Shown here one piece after another: positions 25,985 to 39,860 of a stretch of DNA of 64,000 nucleotides. This DNA comes from Chiloscyllium plagiosum. Its lineage: Eukaryota. Numbering within the stretch: position 1 is the first letter of the stretch; every line of letters starts with the position of its first letter. The stretch lies in contig NC_057711.1 in assembly GCF_004010195.1 (NCBI RefSeq), positions 81,200,714 to 81,264,713 on the forward strand, given 5' to 3'. The notes under the pieces were generated by a model that had not been told where the DNA came from, did not search any database, and saw nothing but the letters and a program-made list of their open reading frames with translations. Both the position numbers and the translations under genes were made by a program.

Positions 25985-26400
25985 TCTCTCTTGTTTGTAG
26001 CTCAAAGTGAAGATGACGATTTTCATCATTTGAAGTATTTCTTAGGATTCCAGTCAGTATTTGTAGATGACTGCTAAGAGCCATCCATGCTCAGAAGTTT
26101 ATCCTGCAGGCAGGACAGGATAAGTAGGAACCTGAGTTTTGGACAAATTGCTGGCTCATGATTTCCTCTGCAGTGTTTTCTTCACACTTCTGATGTGCAA
26201 TTACGTTTTATGGAGACCACACTTTTTAAAAAAAATTGGTAGAACCAGCTGCAGCAAACTTCTCTGAAGACTTGAAAACAACCTTGAAACTCTGAAATGA
26301 AGTTTTCTGAATGGCCTTGCAATGATTCCCTTGATTCTAGAACCCCCTCGATTCAAACTATCAGTGGGAGATGCGCTTTGGTAAGAGAGTGTCACTGACC
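25985..26400 (-). mobile_element. Old RTE LINE 3' end
   Basis: Minus strand reads CPACRINF*AWMALSSHLQI, like the C-terminal CxxC...SH motif also seen at about 45950-46010. Confidence 0.5.
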
Positions 26401-26580
26401 GAGGAGTGTCAGATGGAATTTATTTTAGATAAATGTGAGGTGTTGTATTTTGGAAAGGCAAATCAGGGCAGCACTTACACTTAATGGTAAGGTCCTGGGG
26501 AGTGTTGCTGGACAAAGTACAGATTCATAGTTCCTTGAAAGTTGAGTCACAAGTAGACAGGATAGTGAAGAAGGCATTTC
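26401..26580 (+). mobile_element. Short CR1 RT fragment
   Basis: cagatggaattt...gataaatgtgaggtgttgtattttggaaaggcaaatcagggcag, collinear with the other CR1 copies. Confidence 0.8.
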
Positions 26581-29150
26581 TCTGTCAGTCAGAGCTCCTT
26601 TATTGGGCCAGATGAACAGTCTATGAGGTCCACCTGGCTGACTTCATTACAATCAGTACATCGCTCCCCCTCTGAGTTTGAGGATAGAGGCCTTTTTTTG
26701 TAGCTCCTCCTGGGCATTTTCACACCAGGTCATTTTCACACCAGGCCTCTGACACAGCTGATGTGTAGCACACAGCAGCTCGACTCTCATGCCTGGAGCG
26801 TCTTGGAACAAATTCATTCTCTTCTTCAAGCAGCAAAAGCATTGAGGCATGTCTATCCCAGATTCTATGGTATCTTCAACGCTTGATGGAGAGGGAGAAC
26901 CCATGGGTGCCAGAACAGTCAGAAAGGCAGTCGAGGAGCCAGGCGTGTTTGCTCCCACACCATTTGTGAGTTTGTAGCTTTCATATGGACCATGTGCTTG
27001 TTCAGGTCTGTCATGCCTATCGGATCTTCATACGTCATTGGACCTGACCTTGCATTAACCATGTCCCTTATCTAAATAGGGTCACTCCAAACTTCATCCC
27101 CTGAAGTAAATCTTCCCTATCACAAGTGTTGTGTCCATTGACATCCCTGCCATGTCCAGGAAGACGAGATTTAACCTGGTGTGGAGTCTTCTCCCCATTA
27201 ACAACTCTACTGGAGCTATCCCTGTAATTCCATGTCCTATAATCAAATAGGAACAGGGACAGTTTGGTATCTAGTGAAGCTGCAGGCTGTTTCGTTAAGC
27301 CTGCTTTCAAAGTCTGGACTGCACTTTCCTTCAGACCATTGGATGATGGATTGCATGGAGATGTCCTTATATGATGAATACCATTTAACTTTAGGAAATA
27401 CTCACTTTCCCTGCTGGTAAACAATGGCTCGTTATCTGTGACCAACAGTTCTGATAGTCCGTATATTGGAAAACATACATGCAGTTACTCTATTGTCATC
27501 CCCATGTTTCACTGATGAATTCTGTGCACCTCCATCCATTTTGAGTTGGGGTCCACAATGACTAAGAATATTGAGCCAATAAATAGACTGCATAGTCAAG
27601 GTGTAACCATCTCCTGGGGCTTACCCAGCATTTCCAAGTTTGTGGAGTAGCTGTTAGTGGTAATTATTGTCCTTGATGGCACTTTGGGCACTCTCCCACC
27701 AACGCAGTTATGTTGGCATCCAATCTTGGTCACCAGACAGAATGTCTCACCAACATCTTCAGCCAATACATGGCGGTGACCGTTGTTCAGGACAATCACT
27801 CTCGCTCCCCAGAATAAAATCCCATTCCCCTACTGTGATCTGGTCTCTCTGGGTCCAAAGAGTTTCCAATTCTGATTCTGATAGCCCTTTGGTTTCCCCC
27901 ATTACCACCCACTGGTAATGTCCCATCAAGCTTGGGTCAAGCCTTTTACTACAATCAGTGGTAACTGAACCAGCTGTTTCTCATACAAGACTGGAACCGA
28001 AGTTGTACCCTTTAATCTTTAAATGCTCCTAGTATTGGTTCTCAGCCTTGCCAACGTCTTGTGCAAAGAGAAGAGTTGGAGTCCACAGCAAATTTTGGTT
28101 TTGCATTCACTGAAATGTCTGCGTTGATATCAACCTTCATTAGAGTCGGGTGACCATTTAACTAGATGTCTATTTTGATTGGTCTGACTGGGATATAGGT
28201 AAGCAATTTAACTGTTCCAAACCAGATCTATTGGACTTTCCAAGTTGTGCATTCTCATGGATGCACTCTGTTACTCAATTTAGGTCGAGTAGATTCTATT
28301 GTTGGCTCAAGTCCACATATCAGCAGCAACTACAATGGTTTGCCAGTCTGAATCCTGAAGAAATTATTAACCTTTTGACCTAGGCCTGGCTTTGTTTTGG
28401 GGTTTTGCTGTCAGGATATGTCCTCAGTGAGGCTATGCAATTGACTTTACTCAAATGGTGTTCCCCAAGCTCGGTCGGATTGGCGAGGGTGTCCACTTCC
28501 ATCTGAATACCCTGCAAATTATATGCTCCACTTGCCACATTTTCCAATGCAGTTGTAGTGCCTGTTTTAAGGCCTGTTGGACTTCAGCCAGTAGGTGCTT
28601 TTGCACGGTTACATCATTAATCCCACATGCCAAACAGTCTGTCAGCGTCTTTTTAAAGGTTAAACCACAATCACATGCCTCTGCCAGTCATCTTAACTGA
28701 ATCATAAATGTTGATACGAATTTCCCTGCTTCTTGAAGTGCCAAGTAAAACCAATAGCATCTCAGAATTAGAGAAGGTTTGGGGAGGTTGTAATATTCCT
28801 TAACTAAATCTGTTAAGTCTTGAAAGGTTTTCACACCTGGTGTTTCCAGTTAGGTTATTAATAACCAAAAAGGTTGCAGGTCCACAAGCTGTCAGGAGAA
28901 TTACTTGTTGCTTTTCATTTGTCCCAATGTCATTTGCCTGGAAAACAAAATGCATTCTTTCCACATACTAGGCCCAGTCTTCAACAGCAAAATCGAACAA
29001 CTTAAGCTTCCCAAGTAATGGCATGATGCCAGAAATACTTACACCAACTCATAAATGATTCTTGCCAGTGAATTTCTTCAGGTGCTTTGCTCTCAGCACC
29101 ACTGAAATAACTCCACAGAGGCCAGTAAGCCATCACAAAGTCACCCCAAG
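26581..29150 (-). mobile_element. Gypsy/Ty3 LTR retrotransposon, decayed, lacking RT/RNase H
   Basis: Gag remnants (YVERMHFVFQANDI; GINDVTVQKHLLAE), a protease region at about 27930-28200, and integrase VTDNEPLFTS...GIHHIRTSPCNPSSNGL at 27068-27445. On minus, polypurine tract gggggagcga is followed by an LTR starting TGTAC at 26660. The 5' LTR remnant ends ...gagttatttCA at 29103, followed by a TGG primer-site-like sequence. Confidence 0.85.
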
Positions 29151-30500
29151 ATCAGCCCAATGTTAGCCTTCTCTAGACTGCTCTAAATCTTGCCTTCAGT
29201 AATTGTTCACAGCATTTCAGGTGTGATCTAACTAGAGCTTTGAGTAGTCTGAGAAAGCCTTCCTCTCTTTTATATTCTATTCCTTTTGAAATAAAGGCCA
29301 ATATTCCATTTGCTTCTCTATTAATGTTTGAACTTTTTATAATGTATCCACGCAGACTCCCTAACCCTTCCATGCAGTTGCTTTCTACAGTCTTTTTCTG
29401 ATTAAATAATATTCAAGTACTCAATTCTTTCTGTCAAACTGTATAATGCCTCATTTTTCTCCATTATATTTCATCTGTCAAATTTTTGCCCACTTAATTA
29501 ACTTGTCTATACCATTCAGCAGACTTTTTGTGTCATCCTCACAATTTGCCTTCCCACCTATTTGGTCTCATTTGTAAACCAGGCGATAATGCACTTTGCT
29601 CACCCAAGTCAATAATATATATCATAGATAATTGTAGTTCCAGCACTGATCTTGTTGAACAACATTAGATAGAGGTTACCATCCTGAATTTAACCTCCTT
29701 ATCCCAACTTTCTGTCTTTTATTATTTAGCCAATTCTCTATCTGTGTTAATATACTGTGTCCAACTGAATGGACAGTTACCTTATCAAATAGCCTGATGT
29801 GTGGCACTTAACTAAGCACTTTCTGTAGGGGAGGGGATAGTCTAGTGGCATTATTGCTGGACAGTTGATCCAGATGATGTTTAGAGGGCAGCACGGTGCC
29901 TCACGGGACCCAGGTTCAATTCCCTCCTTGGGCAACTGTTTGTGAGGAGTTTGCACATTCTCCCCGTGTTTGCCTGGGTTTCCTCCAGGTGCTCTGGTTT
30001 CCTCCCACAGTCCAAGGATGTGCAGGTTAGGTGAATTGGCCATGCTAAATTGCTTGTATTGTTAGGTGCATTAGTCAGAGGGTAAATGTAGGAGAATGGG
30101 TTTGGGTGGGTTGTTCTTCGGAGGGTCGGTGTGGACTTGTTGGGCCGAAGGGCCTGTTTCCACACTGTATGGAATCTAATCTTAAATTCCAGACATACGA
30201 CATCCACTGGTTCACTTTTAACCATCCTGTTTTTTATTTCTTGAATGAACTCCAATAAGTTCCCCCTCATGAAGACATGCTGACTCTGCTTATTATGTAT
30301 TTCTAAATGCTCTACTTTACTTTCTTCATACTGATTCTAACATTTTCCCAGTAATAGAGGTTAAACAAACTCGTGTATAATTCCCTACTTTTTGGCTCCT
30401 TCCCTTTTTAATAAAAGGTGGTTATTGTTCACTATTGAATCCACCCAGACTTTTCCAGAGTTTAAAAGCTGTCAAAAGATTACAACAACTGTATCATCTA
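29150..30500 (-). mobile_element. Old CR1 LINE with inserted SINE
   Basis: ANGILAFISKGIEYK...LVRSHLKCCEQ and PVDVVCLEF remnants. Confidence 0.75.
29828..30183 (+). mobile_element. HE1-type SINE preceded by a head fragment of the 7741/20655 family
   Basis: 29828-29880 resembles 7741-7800; from about 29885 there is a B-box ggttcaattcc, the HE1 core and a gggccgaagggcctgtttcc tail. Confidence 0.8.
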
Positions 30501-30599
30501 TGTAGCTCCTTCTTTGTTTCTGCAAGGCCCCTATCGAAGTTATGATCTGAGATTGGACCAGCTGAAGTTCTTCCCCACTAAATTCAGACAGGATAGCAT

Positions 30600-32200
30600 G
30601 GACATGTCAAGGAAAGAGATGTTAGAAATTTAAGAACATCTTTTTAGAAAGCGCACCAGAACCTGATTCAATTTACATGATGCTTGATGAATATTATTGC
30701 AATTTCAGTTAAAACTGGGATTGTGCTACATGATTAGAGAAAAGCTCCTTGATGTCCTTACTTTAGAAAAAGAAAGTAAATTGGAACAAAGCTTAAGCCA
30801 GTGAATTTGTTCTCTGTGGTGTGGAAGCTAATAGAAAGAATTATAATAGAGCGACAAAGAATTATCATAAAGGATATACAGAGTTCATGTGGGAAACACA
30901 ACACATCTTCAGAATACTGATTTTTGTTTGAAAAGACTGATTCAGTTATTCAGTTTTATTGAACAAGTCATTGATGTTTTGCATTAAAGAGACTTTCTGC
31001 ATGAGGCTGAAACTGTCGAAATATGGGGCTGGTGAATGAGTCAGTTTGCCTATTCTCAGCCTAGATAAATGATGTGACATGACATAAATTTAAGTTGTAT
31101 TATAACTTATTAGGATTTTCAGAAAGGTCTTTGGTAAGGTGCCAGGTAGTCAAAACATGAGCAAGGTCAGAGCTTATGGAAGCAGGAGACAGACTGCACA
31201 ATCAATAGTGAGCTGGCCATGAAGCACAAAATACAAGGGTCAGACTGACAAAAGTGGGAAATTTTGTTCCTAAGGATTGATGTTTGCACTGCTCACATGT
31301 AAATGATTTGAACTCAGGAACTGGAAATAGTATTTGAAAATATGTAAATTATTGTAGCAAATTCAGGATTTAACTGCAAAGATAGCTACAAAAACAAGAA
31401 AACAATGTGCTTTTAGAAATGATGTGTAATTGGCAGATGAATTTCAATATGGATAAGCATCAAGTAATGCATTTTATAGGGAGAATAAAAATGTCACATA
31501 CTCCTTGGAAAATGAAAATCTCAAAGAGGGCAGAACAATCTTGGGGTGCAGATGCACAAATCCCTGAGGAGGGTGAAAAGTCAATTATAGAAAACCATAT
31601 CAAGCACTGGGGTACATTTCAAAAGGGATAACAATGAAAAACAGGGAAGTTATGCTAAACTTGTACAGAACCTCAGTCACTTGGAATATTGTATACATTT
31701 CAATGGTCTCCCCATTAGATAAAGGATGCAGAAGCACTAGTTAATCTGGAAAAATTAAGTGAATACTTTCAGAACTGAAAAGTTATACAGAAAGAAAGAA
31801 ACTGAGCTTCGTTTCTCATGAAAAGATGTGGGCGGTGGTCTGATCTTTAAGATGTTGGAAGAGTTTAATGGGATAGCCATAGATAAGATGGTCAAACTTG
31901 TTCAGCGCTCTGAAACTGGGAAATACAAATTTGAGATAGGCATTAAAACAAAATCTACGAGAAAATTCAGAGAGGAAATGTCTTTCCTAGAAACAAGTTA
32001 GAATGTGCTAATTATTACCTTAAGAAATATCTCAGAAGGATTTAAGCAGAAGGTAGAGAAATACATATTGGAGAAGTATCAAAGATTTCTGATAGGCTTA
32101 GATGCAGGGAATGGAAAGAAGCAAGGATGGATCATAAATGCTTGGATGGTCTAATGGTGGGCAAATAGCCTGTTTTAGTGCTGTTTGTTTCATGTAATAC
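30600..32200 (+). mobile_element. Highly decayed CR1 LINE
   Basis: WQMNFNMDKHQVMHF remnant, DFQK.FGKVP-like sequence near 31115, and a 3' UTR-like end near 32150-32195. Confidence 0.6.
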
Positions 32201-32299
32201 CATTATTATTATCTTGTCGCCTTTCATTGAAAAAACAATGATCAATCAAAGATATTCCTTCTTAAAGGAGATTTGTGCAAAAATCAGTGGATTACATAA

Positions 32300-34870
32300 A
32301 ATATAGAACATAGAACAGTACAGCACAGGAACATGCCTTTTGGCCCATTTATGCCTGTATCCCTCTATCCCTTCCTGTAATGTTACTATCTAAGTGTTTC
32401 TTAAACTTTGTTTACATATCTGCTTCTACCACCTCATCTGGCAATGTAATCAAGGCACCTACCACCCTCTGTGTAAAACACTTTCCTTGCATAGCTCCTA
32501 TAAACTTTCACCTTCTCACTTTAAATTTAATGACCCTGGGAAAAAGACTCAGGCTAGCCACCTTATCCATGCCTCTCATAGTTTTATATACTTCTATCAA
32601 GTTGCCTCTCATCCTCTAATGCTCTAGCGAAAACAATCTAAGTTTAGCCAACCTCTCCTTATAGCTAATACACTCCAATCCAGACAACATCCTAGTAAAC
32701 CTCTTTTGCACCTTTTTCAAAGTCTCTACATCCTCCTTATAGTGTGGCAACTAGAACAGCACACAATGCTCAAAATGTGGTCTAATTACAGTCTTATAAC
32801 ATGGCTTGCCAGCTTTTATATTCAATGTCTTGACCGATGAAGACATGCAAGCCATATGCCTTCTTTGTTGATCAGATCACTGACATTTTTATCCAAATCA
32901 TTTATTTATATTACAAACAATAGACGTCCCAGCACTGATGCTTGCAGAACACCACTGGTCACAAACCTCCAGACAGAAAAACAGCCCTCACAACTGCCGT
33001 CTATCTTCTATGACCAAGCCAATATTGTAACCAACTTGCCAACTCACCATTGATTTCATCTGACTTAATCTTCTGGACCAGCCTACCATGACTCACGTGT
33101 CAAATGCTTTATTAAAATACATGGAGACAGCATCTGCTGCCCTATCTTCAATTAATCATCTTTGCACTTCCTTAGAAAATTCAATCAAATTTGAGAGACA
33201 AGAACTTGCTTTGCACAATGCTATGCTGACTATTCCTACTAAGTCTTCTATTCTCCAGGTTCAAGTAAATCATGTCGTTAAGAATCTTCTCCAATAATTT
33301 CCTTACAATTGATGTAAGGTTCACAAACTGATGATTCCATGGATTATCCTTTTTTAAACAAACGAACACCGTTGACTATTCTCCAGTCTTCTGCAACCAC
33401 GCCCATCTCAAAAAAGGATACAAATATATCTATCAAGGCTCCAGCAATCTCTTCCCTTGCTGCCCTCAGATCGCTCGAAACATTGACTCTCCTGCTCCTC
33501 GGTTGCTGCCCCCGATTCCCGGCTGTGCTTTTCCAGCATCACATGTTTTGGCTCTGATCTCCAGCATCTTCATTTTCTGCTAGATCCCTTCAAGACTCTG
33601 GTGACTTACCTACCATAATGTTTTTTTTCAAGATACCCAACACCTCCTCTTTCTTAATATCAGCATGCCCCAGAATATCCCACATATCCCTATCCAATCT
33701 TATCATTATTCATTTCATTCCCCTTGGTGAATACAGATGTGAAGTACTCATTACAGACCTCAACCACTTCCTCACACTCCATGTATCAATTCCCTCCTTT
33801 GTCCATGAGGAAGCCGACCATTTCCCTAGTTGCCCTCTTGCTCCTAATATATGTACAAAATGCCTCGGGATTCTCCTTAATCCTACTTACTGAGGGCATT
33901 TCATGGTCCCTTCTAGTTGTCTTAATTTCTTCTTTAAGTGTCTTAAAGACCTTGTTTGATTTCAGTTTCCTAAACCTTACATACGCTTCCTTTCCCTTTT
34001 CGACTAAACTTTGACTATCTCTTGTCCACCAAGTCTCCCAGAATCTTGCCATCCTTATCTTTTATCCTCACAGAAACATGCTGGTCCTGAATTCTGATCA
34101 ACTGGCCTTTAAAAGACTCTCAAATTTACTCTCAAACAGCCACCACAAACCAATTTCTCCAGTTCCTGCCCAATACTGTTATAATTAGCCTTCCCCCAGT
34201 TTTGCACGTCTACCAGTGGACCAGTTTTATCATTATCCATCTTAAAACTTATAGAAGTAGATTACTGTTCCCCATTGAAACTTTGATCAGCTAGCCAGCC
34301 TCATTCCCAATCTAACACAGCTCCTTCCCTAGTTGGACTATCTACATATTGTTTCAAGAAACCCTCCTAGGTGCACCTAAATAATTCCGCCCCATCTGAG
34401 TATCTAGCACAATGGGAGTCCCAGCCAATATTGGTGAAATTAAAATCACCCACTACATCAACCCTATTGGATTTAAATCTTTGCAGAACCTGCTTCACAT
34501 CTATTCCTCTAGCTCCTGCAGGCTGTTGGGATGCCTATAGTGATACCCCATCATAGCAATTGCACCTTTCTTATTCCTGAGTTCTATTCATACGGCCTCA
34601 CTGGATGAAGCTTCCAGGATGTCTTCTCTTGGTGCTGCTGTGACATTCTCCTTAATAAATAATGCAACTCCCTCACTACTTTTATATCCCTTTTACAATA
34701 AAGCCAACTGTGGTTAGTACCACTGATCTGGCTGCTGCTATTGCTGTCCCTGAGCGGCAATTCCCTCTAACTGTATCCTAAACGGTATACCTGTTTGAGA
34801 GGGGAATAGCCACAGGCAACTCCTGAACTGCCTGCCCGTGCTTACCAGTCTTCCTTGTGGTAGCTCAACA
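32300..34870 (-). mobile_element. CR1 LINE (endonuclease to 3' end, with deletions)
   Basis: atagaacatagaac tail at the left end; RIKENPEAFCTYIRSKR, VNLTSIVRKLLEKIL, and endonuclease VVGDFN near 34440. Confidence 0.85.
33478..33580 (+). mobile_element. Single Penelope terminal-repeat fragment inserted in CR1
   Basis: gaaacattgactctcctgctcctcgg...gctgtgcttttccagca...ctccagcatct, same family as 51240-51449, beginning near the hammerhead GAAA. Confidence 0.7.
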
Positions 34871-35033
34871 CTTTTCTCTCCATGTAGCTCTTACTTCTGG
34901 TATGACCAACTACCTACGATTAAGATGGCTAGTTTACCCTTTAAAATATCACTTCATGTAAAATGTAATTTAATGGAATTCTTCTGTTGTATCACATTAT
35001 TCAATAAGTTCCGTAAGCTGATTTTTGTCTTGC

Positions 35034-35132
35034 CTTTTGATTGAACAAGCTCTCAAATGATTTGACCTTTTTGTAGAATTCAGAAGTCTTATAATCACCG
35101 CCATTAAGTATTGCTAAATAGGATGTATGAAC
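35034..35132 (-). CDS. Candidate 99-nt exon (VHTSYLAILNGGDYKTSEFYKKVKSFESLFNQK) with GC donor, gene unknown
   Basis: Acceptor ccttgacatttttacag, phase-0 open frame, AAG|gcaaga donor, in a repeat-free island. No homology recognised. Confidence 0.2.
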
Positions 35133-37987
35133 CTGTAAAAATGTCAAGGTAATATTTTAATGCTTTTATAGTGCACCATGTTGTAATGCATTTTAATGAT
35201 TTGCTGTGATTACTTCAAATAATGCACTGCCTTTGAGAGTGTCAATTTACCTGAGCAGGCTGCTATCTAGCACATACATAGCAGTTTTACTGTTGCATTG
35301 TTAACATTTTCAGCATAATTACTAAGTAATTTTATAATAGTTCTTATAATACAACAAAGCCACCTAAAAAATCTGATTTTTAGAAATTCTCCTCTTCAAA
35401 GGAAATAAGGACATTGGATTGACACAATGTAAAATAATGAAAATTATTAATACACAGCATATGCTTCATAAGATCTACTACAAAGGCATCCATTTATTCT
35501 TCTTGAACCTGACATTTCAAAGGATAAATAACACACATGCAGTGCTTGAACTTTTATAGCGCTCACTCAACTGTTCTATTGCAGTTGACAAAATTACAGT
35601 TTTGAACATAAAACCGACCAAAACTATTTCCCAAGTGCCAGTAAAGCCCATTACCATGTTAAGTATACAAGGTTAGTTATTAGATCTAGATTATTTATTA
35701 GATCTTGCAAGTTTATTTCATTTAAATTGCTGATAGTTCACTTTCATGTGCACTGCAAATTACTGCATTCCATTCATATCATAATTTCAACAAAATTGAG
35801 CACTGAGAAATTTTATAATCCATCTCTAATTGTGCACCAGACTGCAACTGATTATACAAAATTCCAAGCAATTATAATGCCCTCTGAGAAGTGTTGGATA
35901 CAAAAGTGGATAATATCCCTGGAACAGAAAGCCAGATGGAAAAATACTGAATTAAAGTTTACTCTGACAAAAAGAAATGGTTTCAAAATATGTGAATATT
36001 AATCTCCTAATGCACTTAAGCTTGGTGCATACAGAAAAATGAGATTCCAAGTTTATAGTCTGTGCTTGATTTTATCACTTGAGCTCAGTTTATTTAAACC
36101 TCATTGTTGTGAATTAAAATAGAAACAACATAAAGAAATCATTTAATATTCCCACAATACTCTTCCAATGCACACTTTGAAAAAGTACATTTTTCTCTCA
36201 AATGCTATTACCAACAGCCTGTTACTGCAAAAATATAAATTATTTATTCTCAAATGTTGTGCACAGAAAGTGCCGAGTGAGAAATGCATCTACTCAAAGC
36301 CAAGCAATCTTTCTTGATGTCATCTATAAACCTGAAAATTGCCCTATATTATATCTTTACGCAAGCTTTTAAAACATCAAAATTGGTTTTTTAAAAATTA
36401 TCAGAAGATCTAACGGCTCCAAATCACAAAGTGCAAGGTGCCCCTGAGCTCAATGTTGTACTAAAACTCAAGGGAAGGAAATCAGGTCTACAGATAAATG
36501 AAGGCAGTGGTCCAACAAAAAGCCTGTAATCTAAAGAACAAATAATGGTGGATAGAGCAGAGAAATTCAGGGACTCATTGACCACGATAAATGCATGGAT
36601 TCTTCAGCAAAGACAATACCATCTACAGCCCAAGAACTAACTCCATTGAGACCTAAGGATGCAGTGGGTGTTATAAATGACTGAGAGGCAGTGAGTGATT
36701 ATTGGAAGGAGCATGTTGAGAAGTCCTCAATGTCAGCAACCTCACCTTCATTCCACAGTGTACTGCCTTTCAATAGCTTGGCAAAACCTCAGCCTGAAAT
36801 GGGTTTGAAATGGCCATCCAATAAGGCTGCTGGCACAGACAATCACTGCCAACGAAATGAACATTGTTGAGGAAGGATTGTCTACTGAGTCAGTGTGGGT
36901 GGAAGTTAGGAACAGCAAGGGAACAGTCATCTCATTGGGGGTTTTCTACAGATCCCCTAATAGCAGTCTTTCCCAACTTTCCCAATATCGAATGGAACCT
37001 TCTTTGTGTAGGTGTGTTCAGGAGGGTTTCCTTACTCAGTATGTAGACAGACTGACGAGGGGAGAGGCCATTTTGGATTTGGTGTTCAGCAATGAGCCAG
37101 GACAGGTGTCAGATCTCATGGTGGGAGAACACTTTGGTGACATTGAGAATAACTGCCTCACATTTACCACAGCCTTGGAAAGGGAAAGGAGCAGTTACTA
37201 AGGGAAGATATTTAATTGGAGAAAGGGAAATTATGACACTATCACAGGAATTGGGAAGTACAGATTGGGAGCATTTGTTCCACAGAAAGAGCACAGCAGA
37301 CATGTGGATACTATTTAAGGAGCAGTTGTTGCGAGTGATGCACAAATTTGTTCCTCTGAGACAGATAAGAAGGGGTAAGATTAAGGAACCTTGTATTATG
37401 AGAACAGAGGAACTTCTCGTCAAAAGGAGGAAGGCAGCTTACATAAGGTGGAGGAGGCAAGGATATAGTACTGCTTTAGAGGATTACAGGCTTGCAAGAA
37501 AGAAGCTCAGAAGCTCAGACTGAGAAGAGCCAGGCGGAGACACGATAACGGCTTGGCAAGAAGGATTAGGGAGAGCCCAAAGGCATTTTACTCATATGTG
37601 AGAATAAGAGAATCATCAAGGAGGAGGTAGGGCCGATCAGGGATAGGGGAAGCCCTAAATGAGTTTTTTGCTTTGGCTTTCACAAAGAAACGGGACCTTG
37701 TTGTGACTGAGAACTTTGAGGAGCTGGGATACAGTCTTGACCAGATCAAGATTGATGAAGTTGATGCGCTGGAAAATTTGGAAAACATTAAGATTGATAA
37801 ATCCCCAGGGCCAGATCAGATTTATCCTAGGCTGCTCTGGGAAGTGAGAAAGGAGGTTGCTAAGCCGCTGATAAAAATCCTTGCTTCCTCACTCTCCACA
37901 GGAGTCGTACTGGAGGATTGGAAGGAGGCAAATGTTGTTCCTCTTTTCAAGAAGGGTAATAGGGAAATCACTGGCATTTATAGACCA

Positions 37988-38171
37988 TGATTCAGAGATG
38001 CCGGTGTTGGACTGGGGTGTACAAAGTTAAAAATCACACAACACCAGGTTATAGTCCAACAGGTTTAATTGGAAGCACACTAGCTTTCGGAGCGAAGGCG
38101 CGTCGCTTCGAAAGCTAGTGTGCTTCCAATTAAACCTGTTGGACTATAACCTGGTGTTGTGTAATTTTTAA
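37988..38171. mobile_element. Palindromic Penelope-repeat insertion with 12-bp target-site duplication
   Basis: atttatagacca at 37976-37987 and 38172-38183. Arms of about 65 bp are near-perfect inverted repeats joined inside hammerhead stem II (tttcggagcga/aggcgcgtcgcttcgaaagcta). Confidence 0.9.
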
Positions 38172-39860
38172 ATTTATAGACCAGTCGGGCTTATGTCTGT
38201 GGTCAGCAAAGTTTTGGAAAGAATTCTGAGGGATAGGATTTATGACTATTTGGCAAAGCATAGCGTGATTAAAGGCAGTCAGCATGGCTTTATGAGGGGC
38301 AGGTCATGCCTCACAAATCTTATTGAGTTCTTTGAGGAGGTGACAAGACAGGTCGATGAAGGTCAAGCAATGGATGTGGTGCATCTGGACTTTAGCAAGG
38401 CATTTGATAAGGTTCTCCATGGTAGGCTCGTTCATAAAGTCAGGAAGTATGGGATAGAGGGAGATTTGGCTATCTGGATTCAGAATTGGTTGGCTGACAG
38501 AAGGCAGAGAGTCATTGTAGATGGAAAGTATTCTGCCTGGAAGTCATAGAGTCATAGAGTCATAGAGACGTAAAGCATGGAAACAGACCCTTCGGTCCAA
38601 CCCGTCCATGCCGACCAGATATCCCAACCCAATCTAGTTCCAGCTGCCAGCACCCAGCCCATGTCGCTCCAAACCCTTCCTATTCATATACCCATCCAAA
38701 TGCCTCTTAAATGTTGCAATTGTACTAGCCTCCACCACTTCCTCTGGCAGTTCATTCCATACATGACCACTGTCTGTTTGAAAATGTTGCCATTAGGTCT
38801 CTTTTAAATCTTTCCCCTCTCACCCTAAACATATGCCCTCTAGTTCTGGAGTCCCCCACAACAGGGAAAAGACTTTGTTTATTTATCCTATCCATGCCCC
38901 TCATGACTTTATAAACCTCTATAAGGTCACCCCTCAGCCTCCGATGCCCCAAGGAAAACAGCCCCAGCCTATTCAACCTCTCACTGTAGCTCAAATCCTC
39001 CAACCCTGGCAACATCCTTGTAAATCTTTTCTGAACCTTTTCAAGATTCACAACATCTTTCCGATAGGAAGGAGACCAGAATTGCATACAATACTCCAAA
39101 AGTGGCTTAACCAACATCCTGTACAGCCACAACATGATCGCCCACCTTCTATACTCAATACTCTGACCAATAAAAGAAAGCATACCAAAATGCCTTCTTC
39201 ACTATCTTATTTACCTGCGACTCCACTTTCAATGAGCTATGAACCTGCACTCCAAGATCTCTTTGTTCAGCAACACTCCCAAGGACCTCATCATTAAGTG
39301 TATAAGTCCTGCTAAGATTTGCTTTCCGAAAATACAGCACCTTGCAATTATCTGAATTAAACTCCATCTGCCACTTCTCAGCCCATTGGCTCATCTGGTC
39401 AATATCCTATTGTAATCTGTGGTAATCTTCTTCGCTGTCCACTACACCTCCAATTTTGATGTCATCTGCAAACTTACTAACTGTATCTCTTACGCTCATA
39501 TCCAAATCATTTATGTAAATGATAAAAAGTGTAGGTCCCAGCACCTATCCTTGTGGAACTTCACTGGTCACAGGTCTCCAGTCTGAAAAACAACCCTCCA
39601 CCACCACCCTCTGTCTTCTACCTTTGAGCCAGTTCTGTATCCAAATGGCTAATTCTCCATGTATTCCATGAGATCTAACCTTGCTAACCAGTCTCCCATA
39701 GGGAACCTTGTCGAATGCCTTACTGAAGTCCATATAGATCACATCTACCGCTCTGCCCTCATCAATCCTCTTTGTTACTTCTTAAAAAACTCAATCAAGT
39801 TTGTGAGACATGATTTCTATGTTGACTATTCCTAATCATTCCTTGTCTTTCCAAATACAT

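Noticed and set aside
26001..26075. Strong plus-strand acceptor followed by QSEDDDFHHLKYF
   Set aside because: There is no good donor, and the region is better explained as the antisense 3' end of an old RTE LINE.
37988..38171. Hairpins as MITEs or miRNA precursors
   Set aside because: The arms are unequal, duplications vary from 9 to 16 bp, junctions differ between copies, and the sequence carries Penelope hammerhead motifs. MITEs have symmetric termini and fixed duplication lengths.
38540..38570. Short tandem repeats (tagagtca, ttctatg, aatct) as an array or CRISPR-like structure
   Set aside because: They are standard CR1/HE1 3' tail microsatellites with no spacers, in eukaryotic DNA.
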